NCBI GenBank assembly: GCA_030390025.1
Contig: JASTWF010000034.1
Span: 1,364,001 to 1,428,000 of the forward strand
Length of the DNA: 64,000 nucleotides
Origin: Squalus acanthias
Taxonomy: Eukaryota
Direction: 5' to 3'
Within the stretch, counting starts at the first letter, position 1. Each line of letters opens with the position of its first letter. The notes under the pieces are model-generated. The model saw only the letters and a list, made by a program, of their open reading frames with translations, did no database searches and was not told the DNA's origin. Below are positions 1-10,850 of this stretch, in pieces. A program made the position numbers and the translations under genes.

Positions 1-665
1 TTGTTCAAAAGTCCGCAATAGGTGAGGTGCAGTGTCCTCGGGCGATTTTTGGGATGGAGGAGATTACACAGATAAGGAGGGAAGAGGCCATGGAGGGATA
101 TGAAAAAGGATGCAAATTTTGTAATCGAGGTGTTGCTTAACTAGGAGCAAATGCAGGTCAGCAAGACGGGTGAGATGCGTGAGCAGGATTGTTGTGAGTT
201 AGATTGCGGGTGGAAGATTTATATTAACTCAAGTTTATCAAGGATAGAGCTAGGGAGGACGACCAGGAGTGCATTGGAATAGTCAAGCCCAGAGGTGATA
301 AATGCATGGATGAGAATTCCAGCAGCAAATAAGTTGATGTACGGGTGGAAACTGGCAATAATTACAAAGGTGGAAATGGGCAGTGTTAGTGATATAATGG
401 ATATGTGGTTGGAATCTCAATTCGTGATCAAATATAACACCATGTTTCAGAACAGACATGATCAGTTTTAGACAGTTGCCGGGAAAGAGATCGAATCAGT
501 GGAAATGGATGAAGTTCGTGGAGTAAACCGAGGACAATGGCTTCGGGCTTCCCGATATTTAATTCGAGGAAACTTCAACTCATCCAGTACTGGATGTCGG
601 ACAAGCAGTCTGATAGCAGGGTGTTGGTAGAGGGTTTGAAAGATGTGGAGTAGAGGTAGAGCTGG
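1..665 (-). mobile_element. Decayed L2-clade LINE ORF2 C-terminal fragment
   Basis: Minus strand ~260-400 reads like the L2 ORF2 C-terminus (ITNTAHFHLCNIA...ILIHAFITSGLDYSNALL). Stops and indels present; right boundary approximate. Confidence 0.7.
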
Positions 666-806
666 GTAGGAAATCATAATACGAAGACCGTAAACTTTAC
701 TTAACAAGTTGCAGGGAGTGTAGGAATCAATAAAGATTACATTTCAACGCGGGGAAATCGCAATAACATCGTTTATTTCTCTGTCTGTCTACTGAATAAA
801 GATACT

Positions 807-1546
807 GGCCCAAAAATTCGTGAGGGAGCATTCGTGCGAGGGTAAGGCTTCCCCGCGTACTCTCACTGCGCGCTGGCTTTTTCAGTCCCAGCTCGCATGA
901 ACTTGATGTTCTGGAAAGCAGCTGTGCAGGGCTTCCGTATCCCACAGGCGCAGTTAATTCGTGCGAGCTGTGGGATCACGTGACTCAGTTAGAGCCAATG
1001 GCAGCACACCATCTTTCATTCATAGCTTTCACAGAAGTGCTGTGAAAGCTATGAAACTATACCCCCCAAAAGAACAGCCAAACCTCAATTAATTTTTTTA
1101 AAAAACCATCAAATTAATAAAATAAGTATAGTTAAATAAATTAACCATTTTAAACAAAAAATAAAATTTTTGAAAAATTTTAAATCTTTTAACAAGTTAT
1201 AAAAATAAACTTACCTGTCTTTAAAGTCTCTAAAAAAGATATACCTGTTAAAAAAATTCAAAATAATACTTAATTAACTACTTACCTTGTTAAAAGAGGG
1301 TCTTACGCCTCCTTTCTTTATGTCTAAAATGTTCCATGCTTACCTGCGCGTTCAAAGCACTAAGTGCACTGCGTGCGCACAGCCTGTAGCGCGCACGCGG
1401 TTCACCTCGGAACCGCCATCCTTTTGAATTCACCAAGTGCCGGTTTTCAGCGCATGCGCAGTGCATGCAGAAAACCGGCAATTGGAGACAGAATACGCGA
1501 GAGTACACAATGCGTACTCTGGCGTAGCGGCACTAATTTTTGGGCC
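807..1546. mobile_element. Non-autonomous DNA transposon (MITE), probably PIF/Harbinger superfamily
   Basis: Terminal inverted repeats GGCCCAAAAATTCGTG (807-822) and CACTAATTTTTGGGCC (1531-1546), 15/16 matching, flanked on both sides by ACT (804-806, 1547-1549) = 3-bp TSD. No coding capacity; internal palindromes and an A/T-rich core. Confidence 0.8.
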
Positions 1547-1645
1547 ACTGTGTGTGTCAAATACAGTAAAGGGAGAAACGTCTATTTGATGTCGGAATCT
1601 ACCGCTTACACAAGGACATGAACAGCGCTATATAAATGCAAGTGG

Positions 1646-1651
1646 TTTATT
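1646..1651 (-). promoter_or_regulatory. Candidate poly(A) signal of the GPCR gene
   Basis: AATAAA on the minus strand ~150 nt downstream of the stop codon. Confidence 0.4.
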
Positions 1652-1803
1652 TCAAGTGTGGGTTTACCTTGATGGGGGAGAGTCTCGGAGGGCGTGCTTG
1701 CGATTCAAATTAGGACAGGGGCAAGTAGAAGAAACCGAGTTTACAAACCAAAAATAGGAACAACACAGTGCGAAACGTGACCCATAATTAACGCAGGATG
1801 CTT

Positions 1804-2720
1804 TCACTTGCAATGCTTAAAGCAACTCACAACCAAAGTGAAGGGATATTTCACCGCATTCTTCAACTCTTCTCTGAATTTAGTCTGGGTCACTGCATAA
1901 ATAAAGGTGTTGGTGCAGGAGCTGAGGAGCTGGAGCATGTTTGTACTTTCTTGGAGTATAAAGCGTTGGTCATTGAAATTGAAACCTGTGAAATAAGAAT
2001 CGTCTATAATTCTGCCGTACAGGAAGTGAACGACGTACGTTATCCACAACAGCAGGAAACTGAGGGATATCGCGAACAGTAAAATGATGGATTTTCTCCG
2101 ATTCTCCATCTCTGGGTCCCTGTGATTTTCACCATCCCTGTTACCCCGGAGTCCCCTGCGGACTCGACTGGCCGCTACAATATGCCGGACGGTCATAACA
2201 TTGAACAGCAGAATCAGAAAGAAAGGGAGACACGGTGTTAATATACGGTCGAGCCAGTCGTAGGCTTTCCATGCAGGGGAAGTGTAATAGCTTAATTTGA
2301 TGTCACAGAACCAGGGCACTCTGTTGACGATATACAACGGCTGGTATGTAAAGTAAAAGGGAATGTTTTTCAAACAGCTCATCGCACAAACAGCCGCTAT
2401 AACCTCAGCCGCCGTTTTCTCGGTGCAATATCTCGTTTTCAGCTCCTGGCAACAAATGGCTACGAATCGATCGAAAGTGAAAGCGACCGTTAACCAGACC
2501 GAACTGTCTCTGGTTGTGTAAACCAGAACCGTACTGAGACTACAGGCGGGAGTGGTGGAGAGCCAACTGTCCCGGAAATAAATCCCACCGATCCGGTTCA
2601 GTATCACTGCGGTAAGGATGACCAGCAGATCCGTCGCTGCCATGCCCACCAGGTAGTGACTGATGCATCTGGAGAGTCCGCACCTTCCCCGCGACAGGAT
2701 CACAACCGCCACCAAATTCA
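1804..2720 (-). CDS. GPR139/GPR142-like class A GPCR, coding exon 2 (end of TM1 to C-terminus)
   Basis: Open frame with TM2 AATDLL, TM3 AFTFDRFVAIC, ECL2 Cys (PWFC), TM5 LTPCLPF, TM6 RRKSIILLFAIS, TM7 SSCTNTFIY and helix 8 KFREELK. Polypyrimidine acceptor ...cttttcccgctcttgttaacAG|TG, exon starting at 2720. Confidence 0.92.
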
Positions 2721-2849
2721 CTGTTAACAAGAGCGGGAAAAGACAAGGAAATGAGGGCTGAGACTCACAACACAGGCTCGATTTTCACCGAACGTTCTAT
2801 GAAAATTGCAACTTTGATATTTGATCCAGCTCTTCCACATTAAACCTGA

Positions 2850-3122
2850 AATCCACACCCTCTACCAGCGGAGTACGGTGGCTGCAGTGTGTACTATCTA
2901 CCGGCTGCACGGTTACAACCCGCCAAGACCTCTTCGGCAGCTCCACTCAAAGCTGCGACTTCCACCAGCAGGAAGACCAGGGGAAGCAGGTGCGGGAGTT
3001 CAACTCCAAGTCAAGTACCATCCTGACCTGAACATAATATTATCGCTGGAATGAAATCCTGGAAATCCCTACCCTATAGCAATGTGAGAGCATCTTCACT
3101 ATACGGACTGCAGCGGCTCAGA
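2850..3122 (+). mobile_element. 3' fragment of the LINE family also seen at 39765-40750
   Basis: IHTLYQRSTVAAVCTIY matches IHSLHHWRTVAAVCTIY at ~40354-40405; ends ...GGACTGCAGCGG. Confidence 0.75.
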
Positions 3123-3269
3123 ATCAGTCAATCTCAACTAGGAGCCGAAATTAACCCATTTGATTAATTGTGTCGTCTTGGTACATGGATGACGCAGCAT
3201 CACTACACCACATAGCACTGTAATAAATCTAACTCAGTATAATAGAGTATAGCACCGTATCTGAGTGAG

Positions 3270-3620
3270 ATTGAGAGGGGAGATGCTGAGAGGCTGTTTC
3301 CCCGCGCTGGGGTCTCTAGAACTAGGGGACACTGACTCAGGATAAGGGATCGGCCATTTAAGAATGAGATGAGGACGAATCTCTTCGCTCAGAGGGTAGT
3401 GAATGTTTGGAATCCTCTACCGCAGAGGCCTGTGGATGTTCATTCGTTGAGTATATTCAAGGCGGAGGTCGATAGATTGTTGGGCACTAAGGGAATCACG
3501 GGGTATGGGGTCGGACGGAAACTGGATTTGAGCTCGAAGACTAGCCGTCATCTTATTGAATGACGGAGCAGGCTCGAGGGCCCGTATGTCCTTCTCCTCC
3601 TCCGAATTCTCATGTTCTTA
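3270..3620 (+). mobile_element. CR1 LINE 3' fragment
   Basis: Encodes MRTNLFAQRVVNVWNPLPQR, homologous to the C-terminus of the intact CR1 ORF2; typical 3' UTR ending TTCTCATGTTCTTAT. Confidence 0.85.
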
Positions 3621-3794
3621 TTTGCTATTGTTGCACTGTAATACAATTGATTCAGTGTAATACAGCATAACACCATATAGTGCGCTATAACGCAGCTAAA
3701 TCAGTATAACACAGTGAGTTAACAGATAATACATTGCAATACCATGTAAAGCACCGTTATACAATTGATGCTCTATATTGAAAGAAAAAATGTG

Positions 3795-4240
3795 CATTCA
3801 TACAGCGCCTTTCACGGCCTCCAGCCGTCCCAAAGTGCGTTACTGCCAATGAAGCGCAGTTTTAATGTAGGAAACTCGCCAGCCAAGTTCTGCACAGCAA
3901 GCTCCCGCAAACAGCAATATTGTTATGACCAGATAATCTTGTTTTGTTGATTGACGGATAGTTTTTTGGCCCAGGACACCAGCGATACCTCCCCCACTCC
4001 TCTTTGGAATAGTGTCATGGGATCTTTTACTCCCACCTGAGAGAGCAGACGTGGTTTCGGATTAAAATCTCACCCGAATGACGGCACCTCTGATAATGCA
4101 GCGCTCCCTCAGTACTGCACTCCCTCAGTACTGCACTGGAATGTCAGCCTCGATTTTTGTGCTCAGTCTCTGTGGTGGGACTTTGAACACACTAATTTCT
4201 GACTCAGAGGTGAGAGTACTACCAACTGAGCCACTGCTGA
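3795..4240 (-). mobile_element. tRNA-headed DeuSINE (SacSINE1/AmnSINE1-like)
   Basis: Minus strand: tRNA-like head (GTGGCTCAGTTGG A box, GTTCAAAGTCCC B box), Deu-domain-like core (GCAGTACTGAGGGAGCGCTGCATT...AAAAGATCCCATGACACTATT) and L2-like tail (GGCGCTGTATGAATGCA). Family name recalled, not searched. Confidence 0.8.
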
Positions 4241-4514
4241 CCCTTTCCATATAATACAGTATAATGCTGCACAGTGCACCGTAATACATTTCATTAAATT
4301 ATAATATATTATAATATCAAATAATGCACTGTAATGTTATTAGTGTACTCTAACACAGTTTAATAACATTTGTTACACCATAATACATTTAGAGAGGTAT
4401 TAGAAGTATAATACCATATGAAGAATTACAGAACAAGTATATAATTACAATAGAGTCTAGTACCATAAAGTAGACCGTAATGTAATTAATGCACGACAAT
4501 ACACTATAATACCA

Positions 4515-5020
4515 CAGAATCACAGAATACTACAGCACATAAGGTGGTCATTAGGCCCGTCGTGCCTGCGCCTGCTCTTTGAAAGAACTGTCCAAGTTAA
4601 TCGCACACCCCAGCTTCCTCTCCATAACACTGCAAATTAGTCTTCCAGAATATGTACAAGAGCAGTTTGAGATTTCCCATGGAATCTGCTTCCACCACGC
4701 TTTCGGGTCGTGCGTTGCAGATTTTAGCCATCCACTGTGTAAAAAAATCCTTATCTCCCCTCTAATTATTTTGACAATTTCTGTAAATCTATGAACTCTG
4801 ATTACCGACCTCTTTGCCAGTGCTCTACATTTATCACCACCTGCTGCATCAAAATCCTTCAGCATTTTGAATGCCTCTATTCGGTTACCTCTTAATCTTC
4901 CCTGTTCGAAGAGAACAATCCCAGTTTCCCAACACTCGCCACATAATTAAATTCCCTCATCCCGTGCAACTTCCTGGTAAACCTGCTCTGTAACCTCTCC
5001 AAAACCTTTACATCCTTCCT
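4515..5020 (-). mobile_element. CR1 LINE 3' fragment
   Basis: Degenerate CR1 ORF2 C-terminus and tail (plus strand CACAGAATCACAGAAT...). Confidence 0.75.
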
Positions 5021-5021
5021 C

Positions 5022-5227
5022 CTTCACCTGCATCTGAGAGAGCAGAAGGGGCCTCGGTTTAATGTCTCAACCGAAAGATGGCACCTGCCGACAGTGTAGC
5101 GCTCCCTCAGCACTGCGCTGGAGCGTCAGCCTCGACTTTTTGTGCTCAAGTCTCTTGTGTGGGTCGCTGAAGCTACAACCTTCTGACTCAAGAGCGAGAG
5201 CGCTGCCCACTGAGCTACGGCTGACAC
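5022..5227 (-). mobile_element. Second DeuSINE copy, 3'-truncated
   Basis: Aligns with 4030-4240 (head plus Deu core). Confidence 0.8.
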
Positions 5228-5612
5228 TGTAATGAACCGCCCAAAATCAGTTAAACTGAAATGTCGGTCGCAGTAGTGGAGCTAAACATTCATTAGAGGT
5301 TTTGTCGGCTGTTGTAAGGCAAATGTTAAGCGTTTCAATAAATGGGTGAACAATTCCTCTAAAATGGTGCACAGTGCAGAGTCTAAGGAAACTGTACATC
5401 TGCGAGAATCAACAACAGCGATCGCTGTGCTTTCAATCATTTCTGATCACAAGGTGGGATCTCAGATGAAATCGCTCACTTTCAAGCACAGCAGAAGATG
5501 TGAAAAGGTCTGCCCCATCCTTAAAGGAAGAGACTGATCTCTGAATAAAAAACAACAAATAAAGTAACTGCTTTGAGAAGCCGTTTGCACAATCAATACC
5601 GTAGCAACTTAC

Positions 5613-5682
5613 GTGGAGCGCCAATAGCTGCGAGGACGGGATAGTAAATGGCATACACCGGACCAATGGCTGGTCCGTGCAT
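5613..5682 (-). CDS. GPR139/GPR142-like GPCR, coding exon 1 (MHGPAIGPVYAIYYPVLAAIGAP)
   Basis: ATG at 5682-5680, 23 codons + 1 nt, then a perfect GTAAGT donor (5612-5607). Phase-1 splice to 2720 gives ...IGAP-L-NLVAVVILSRG, completing TM1. Total 987 nt = 328 aa + stop. Confidence 0.9.
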
Positions 5683-5997
5683 TTTCTATGAGGAGCGATG
5701 TGAATCCTACAAGCTGTAGACTTTATCTCTGTGTCACATTCAGTGGATTCCTCGGTTAAACCTGTCGGGAGTCTCCAGTGAATCAATTATCCTCATGTAA
5801 GTTACAGTCCTCTGAACAAACAGATTACGTCACTCGGTTTCGTGCCAGTGTTCCTATCCATGCAATAGAATAGAGATTCCCAAACTGGGGGCTATGGGGG
5901 CGACGAGCTGATTAAGGGGGACCAAGAAGCCACCGGACATTGCGGTCCAGACAGCCTGCTCTCGTTTCGCTGGAGTTACTCCGCCGGAATTACTGCA

Positions 5998-6636
5998 AGA
6001 GTACTGCGTACAATTCTGGTCACCACATTACAGGAAAGATGTGATTTCACTAGAAAGGGTACAGAAGAGATTTACGGGATGTTATCAGGACTGGAGAATT
6101 TTAGCTTTGAGGAAAGAGTTGATAGGGTCATCGACCTGAAACGTTAACTCTGTTTCTCTCACCTAGTTGCGGCCTAGCCTGCTGAGCATTTCCAGCATTT
6201 TATCTTGTTATTTTCGATAGGCTGGGTTGTTTGATTTTGAACAGATAAGGCTGCGGGGAGACTTAATTGAGGTGTACAAAATAACGAGGCACCTTGATAG
6301 AGTGGATGGGAAGCACCTATTTCCCTTAGCAGAGAGGTCAATAATCAGGGGGTGTAGATTTAAAGTTATTGGTAGAAGGATTAGAGGGGATTTGAGGAGA
6401 ACTTGATTCACCCAATGGGTAGTAGGGATTTGAAACTCACTGCCTGAAAGGGTGGTAGTGGCAAAAACCCTCATCACGTTTAAAAAGTACTTGGATATGC
6501 ATTTGAAGTGCTGTAACCTAGAGGGCTACGAACTGAGAGTTGGAAAGTGGGATTAGGCTGGCTGGCGCTTTCTCGGCCGGCACAAACATGATGGGCCGAA
6601 TGGCCTCCTTCTGTGCAGTAAATTTCCAAGATTCTA
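5998..6636 (+). mobile_element. CR1 LINE 3' fragment interrupted (~6122-6212) by a Penelope-tail-like piece
   Basis: EYCVQFWSPHYRKD... remnant and CR1 tail; the insert GGTCATCGACCTGAAACGTTAACTCTGTTTCTCTC matches the Penelope 3' end at ~56557-56595. Confidence 0.8.
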
Positions 6637-7029
6637 CAAGCGGAATATCCCGTCCGATAAATTCTAATGATATGACTGGACTTCATCATAAATGTTAAAC
6701 GTTCAGAGGAGCAGAACTGAAAGAGCTAAATGGCACAAAATGAATGATGTTAACAACAGTTACCAATAAAATATGTCATGGCATTTATTGCATAACGTGC
6801 CCTTGATGTCGTTACTACACTTAATAAAAATAACAACACTTATTAACATGATAACGAAGCTAAAAATAGACAGAGGACTCAAACACATATATACATTCTA
6901 TTCACAACCACAAATACATAGAATACACAACAACTTTAATTTAAATATTTTTAGACTATTGTTAAAAGCATTCTTTCTATTCATCTGTCCATACTTATTT
7001 TTAACCCTATGCCTTTAAAACAAACGTTT

Positions 7030-7940
7030 TCAATTCTCATCGTGATATAAAAATCCATGGCCCCTTCCCTCCCCATCACAGTTACCTTCTCGAGCCCCAC
7101 AATTCTCTTTCTTATGTTCAAATCCCACCATGGCCCCGCCTCTCCCTATCCCTGCAAACTCCTCTAGCCCCACAATTCTCATCCTTATGTTCAAATCCCT
7201 CCATGGCCCCGCACCTCCCTATTTATGTAACCTCCTCCAGCCCTACAACCCTCCGAGACCACAGCAATCATCAAATTCTTGCCTCTTGGATATTCATTAC
7301 AACAGGTTTCCATGTAACACAATCGCTGTCAGTTTCAGGATGTTCCAGTTTTCTTTTTAATCAACTGCAACGTAAAATGGACAACATATCCGGAGCTAAC
7401 GGCATCTCACTCAAATCGATCGCAGGATGTTTGTTCAGCCAATTAGAGGAACAATGAGCGATACAAAATATAAAATTAAAATGCTGGATCGATACAGTAG
7501 GTGGCGCTCTTCTGAGGTATGGGTTGAGTCACTTTGTTGTATTTTACTGACCTGCGCATTCGTTTCGAGCGGGAAACGGTTAATTCCCAACACTGGAGTA
7601 CCTGACCATGATGGGAGCTAATGTTCTAACACAGCTCAAATGATTGACGGTGTTGTTCTGAGTGCATAGTCCAATCTGGAACCTTCATTCAGGCTAATAT
7701 TCAAATATTATGATGTTATACATTGCAACATTCCAATTCAGTGATATGATGGGTCGAATGGCCTCCTTCCTCTTGAACATCCCTCATTTTCTGCACTCCA
7801 CCTCTGACGGCCTTGTCTTCAGTTGCCAAGGACCTAAGGTCCGGAACTTTTTCCCTTAAACTCTGTCGAATTTTGATTTATAATCGCTCCTGTGAAGAGC
7901 CTTGGGACATTTTACGGCGCTCCATAAATGCTTGTTGTTG
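7030..7940 (+). mobile_element. L2-clade LINE 3' fragment, with a short tandem triplication at its left end, interrupted at 7296-7768
   Basis: FKSLHGPAPPYLCNLLQPYNPP motif; resumes at 7769 and ends in the L2 tail GGCGCTCCATAAATGCTTGTTGTTG. Confidence 0.7.
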
Positions 7941-10850
7941 CTTTTGTTGATGGACAAGTATTCTGGCACACTGAGTATCAGGGATTCACTGCTTCAGGGA
8001 ATATTAACAGTTCCTATTACCCGTCAGATGCGGTCCTGGTAGAAAAAATATCAAACTCAGACTCTTTTTACCAAAGCCCCTTGTTATTGTGATTATTAAT
8101 GAAGTTTCAGACTCGGTGAACTTATTGAACCAACGGGGGAATGTGTGGTTCTTGATGAAATCGCCCTTGATTTTGAGTGAAGGTGTTTAATGCACTTATT
8201 TAATTATACTCGTCTAAACTAAACCTCTTCTTTGCGGAAATGTGAGCTCCCAGTCACAGTATGATATGGTTCGGCATGGCTGTGGAGGTGAAAGCGGTTA
8301 AGGAACAGAGCTGCACAGATTCTGTTCCGCATTTTAATTCAAATGTTTCAAATGAGCATTCTCAGTTTCGAACACATCTCTAAATGTGTCGGTGCATTTC
8401 AGCGGAGGCCATTACAGTTCTCTTCTACTGAGGAGAGATGGAATGTTGCACCATAACATCATTAGTTTTGTTTTCACCATCATTTCCATGATGGAGATAG
8501 TATTTGAGGAAGACGGTAGAAATCAATCAATTATTATCAACAGTAAACCAGCTCAATATGGGATTCATATTAAACATACCCGTGTATTTTCACTATACCC
8601 GATCTCCGTGTAAAAATACTGCTGTCAGTTTCTGGATGTTTCAGTTTTCTTTTTAATTGACTTCAGCGTAAAAGCAGCAACGATTCTGGAGCAAACCGCA
8701 TCTCACTAAAGCAGCCCAAATGATGGAGGTTTAACGAAATTCAGAAACGATGATCTATACAGTAGGGGGCGCTCTTCTGAGATTTGTGTTGATTCACTTT
8801 GCCCTTGTATTTTGCTATAGTGCGCATGACTTTTTAGTGTTTGATGCTGACACTAAGAGGCTGAAGGGGGAAACGGTCTCTTGCAAGCACTAGAGCTCCT
8901 GACCATGTTGAGAGATGAGGCTCTAACTAAAGACAAATGATTGACGGTGCTGTTCTGGGTTCATTGTCCATTCTAGTCTCCACATCCTGAGATAACTGTA
9001 TGAAATTTAAATGTTCCCATGTTGAACCTTGCAAAGTTCCAATCCTTATTTAATTGTGGTGCGATTGCTTTAATTGTGGGGCCACCTCACTTCCTCTCAG
9101 CCTCTGTTTCAGCTCTCATTCTCTGCACGCTTCCAGGTATGACCATCCTGGAGGGGGAGCAAGAGACTCAGTCGCCATTCCTTACAGCTCTCTTGTCTGA
9201 AAATAGCTCACTCTAGAACATGTACACAGCCGCCTTGTTAGTGATGTTTGGTGAGTCGTGAAACAATGTTTTACCTAAATTACTGCATTCCAGTTCTTTG
9301 AAGTAACTGAGTGGGCAAATATAAGCGTTAGAGCGGGACTGAGCCCGGCAGTGTCCGATCTCCAGTAGCTCAGTGGATGACAGCAACTCCTAGTTTGGTG
9401 TGAAGCACTTTAGATTGGAAAGCTGTCGGAGCGGATACTTGTTTGTGCAGAATTCTCAGTTGGTAACGTTGAGAGAGTGCTACTGGTTTTAATTTTCGGG
9501 AGAGTTGGGTGATTTAGGGCGGAGAGCGAACTAGAGAGAGTGCCCGCTGCTGATCGTTACCGTGTGGCTCCATTGTGAAATGTTGATAAGCGGATGTCCA
9601 TTGAGGAGACTGTCAGGGTCCACGTTTATACCTTCTATAATCAGACTTTTCACGGACACACAGCGTCTGAGCTCAGAAATGGAAAGTGTCTGCTCTACCC
9701 AAGTGTAAAACAGAAAAGCGCCGCCCTTACAAGCGTGTTCCAGGGTGAATCGCCTCCTTTATAAAGAAAGGGAAAGGATTAGACTTATTGAAATAAAACG
9801 GTTACATTTGTGCCTGTCAATGCACAATACAAGCTGATTAGGTTGGAGGTTTCACAAAGATGTTCACTTGAACTAAATGTTCTGCTGTCGGCTCTGTAAA
9901 GCCTGTTAATTTGCTGAACAGAACAGGAATGCTTCCAGTGGGCAAAAGGAAATCCCTTCCTGCCGGCACAGACACGATGGGGCGAATGATCTGCTACTGT
10001 GCCGTACGCTTATATGATTCTAGGTTTCAGGTGATTTAGAGAGAGAAAGAGGAGTACAAATATTTACAGTCAGTGGATATTCCAGTTGACATATTTTTAG
10101 TTCTGCCGTTGGTTCTGCGACACGGTTGTTTCTGTGAGCAGCTTAGTTCCTCTTTCTTTGAACTAAAGCTCCTTCGATTTGAAACCGCTGCCTTCCGGTA
10201 TGACACTTAACTGTCCTTGTTCTCTGCAGTACTGACCATTTTCCCTTTGTTGGTTTATTTTTCATTGTCTTTGCCATCTTGCATCTCAATTTAAGGCGCC
10301 TTGTGATATTTGTGTGCGTGTGTGTACTGTCTGTAAAACTAAAATTTTCTGGTGAATAATTCAGGCAGCTTTCAGATCTAGGAATTTATTTTAGGGCCAC
10401 TTCCTCATTCAGTGTGCAGGAGCTGAACATTTCACTGAGATATAGATCTGACAGTGAGCGGAGTCTAATGTCCTTCAACAAACACAGTGCTGCAGCTAAC
10501 TTTTGTGCTCAAAATTTATCTCTTAATCTCCATCATGTTCAAGCTCAATTCCCACCGTTAATGCCTCCAGCCATTCCATAATGGAGCTCCGCCGCTTGCA
10601 TTGCCATCCTGTTCCGTGGTATGGTCGCATGTGGAGATCTGTAGAGATGCTCAGTATTTGCACATGACTCCACCCAGCTGCTCTCCGTTATCTTTCACTG
10701 ATGGTTACACTCAGTCACAAAATGGACCGTTTTTGTGTCTGATCATCATTTAAAGCTGGTTTGTGTCATTAGGCCCAAGGTACATCTTGATCCTTTCCCT
10801 GGATTATTGGAATTGTTTACAAACGGTCATCTCAATTCACCTAATTTAGT
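7300..10850 (-). pseudogene. Probable decayed long coding exon(s) of an unidentified Ser/Lys/Glu-rich protein
   Basis: Non-TE-like sequence whose minus-strand frames read as protein with scattered stops (e.g. EQTLSISELRRCVSVKSLIIEGINVDPDSLLNGHPLINISQWSHT from ~9695 down). Internal paralogous blocks keep peptides such as LKRKL(K/E)HPETDS and SEERxLLYRSS. No family recognised. Confidence 0.5.

Noticed and set aside
2721..2730. ORF-track start of the GPCR (MLTVNL, TTG at 2730)
   Set aside because: It lies in the intron's acceptor region; the real start is the ATG in exon 1 at 5682.
4165..4240. tRNA gene (also ~5155-5227 and ~23310-23392)
   Set aside because: Degenerate tRNA-like heads fused to SINE bodies, not complete cloverleaves.
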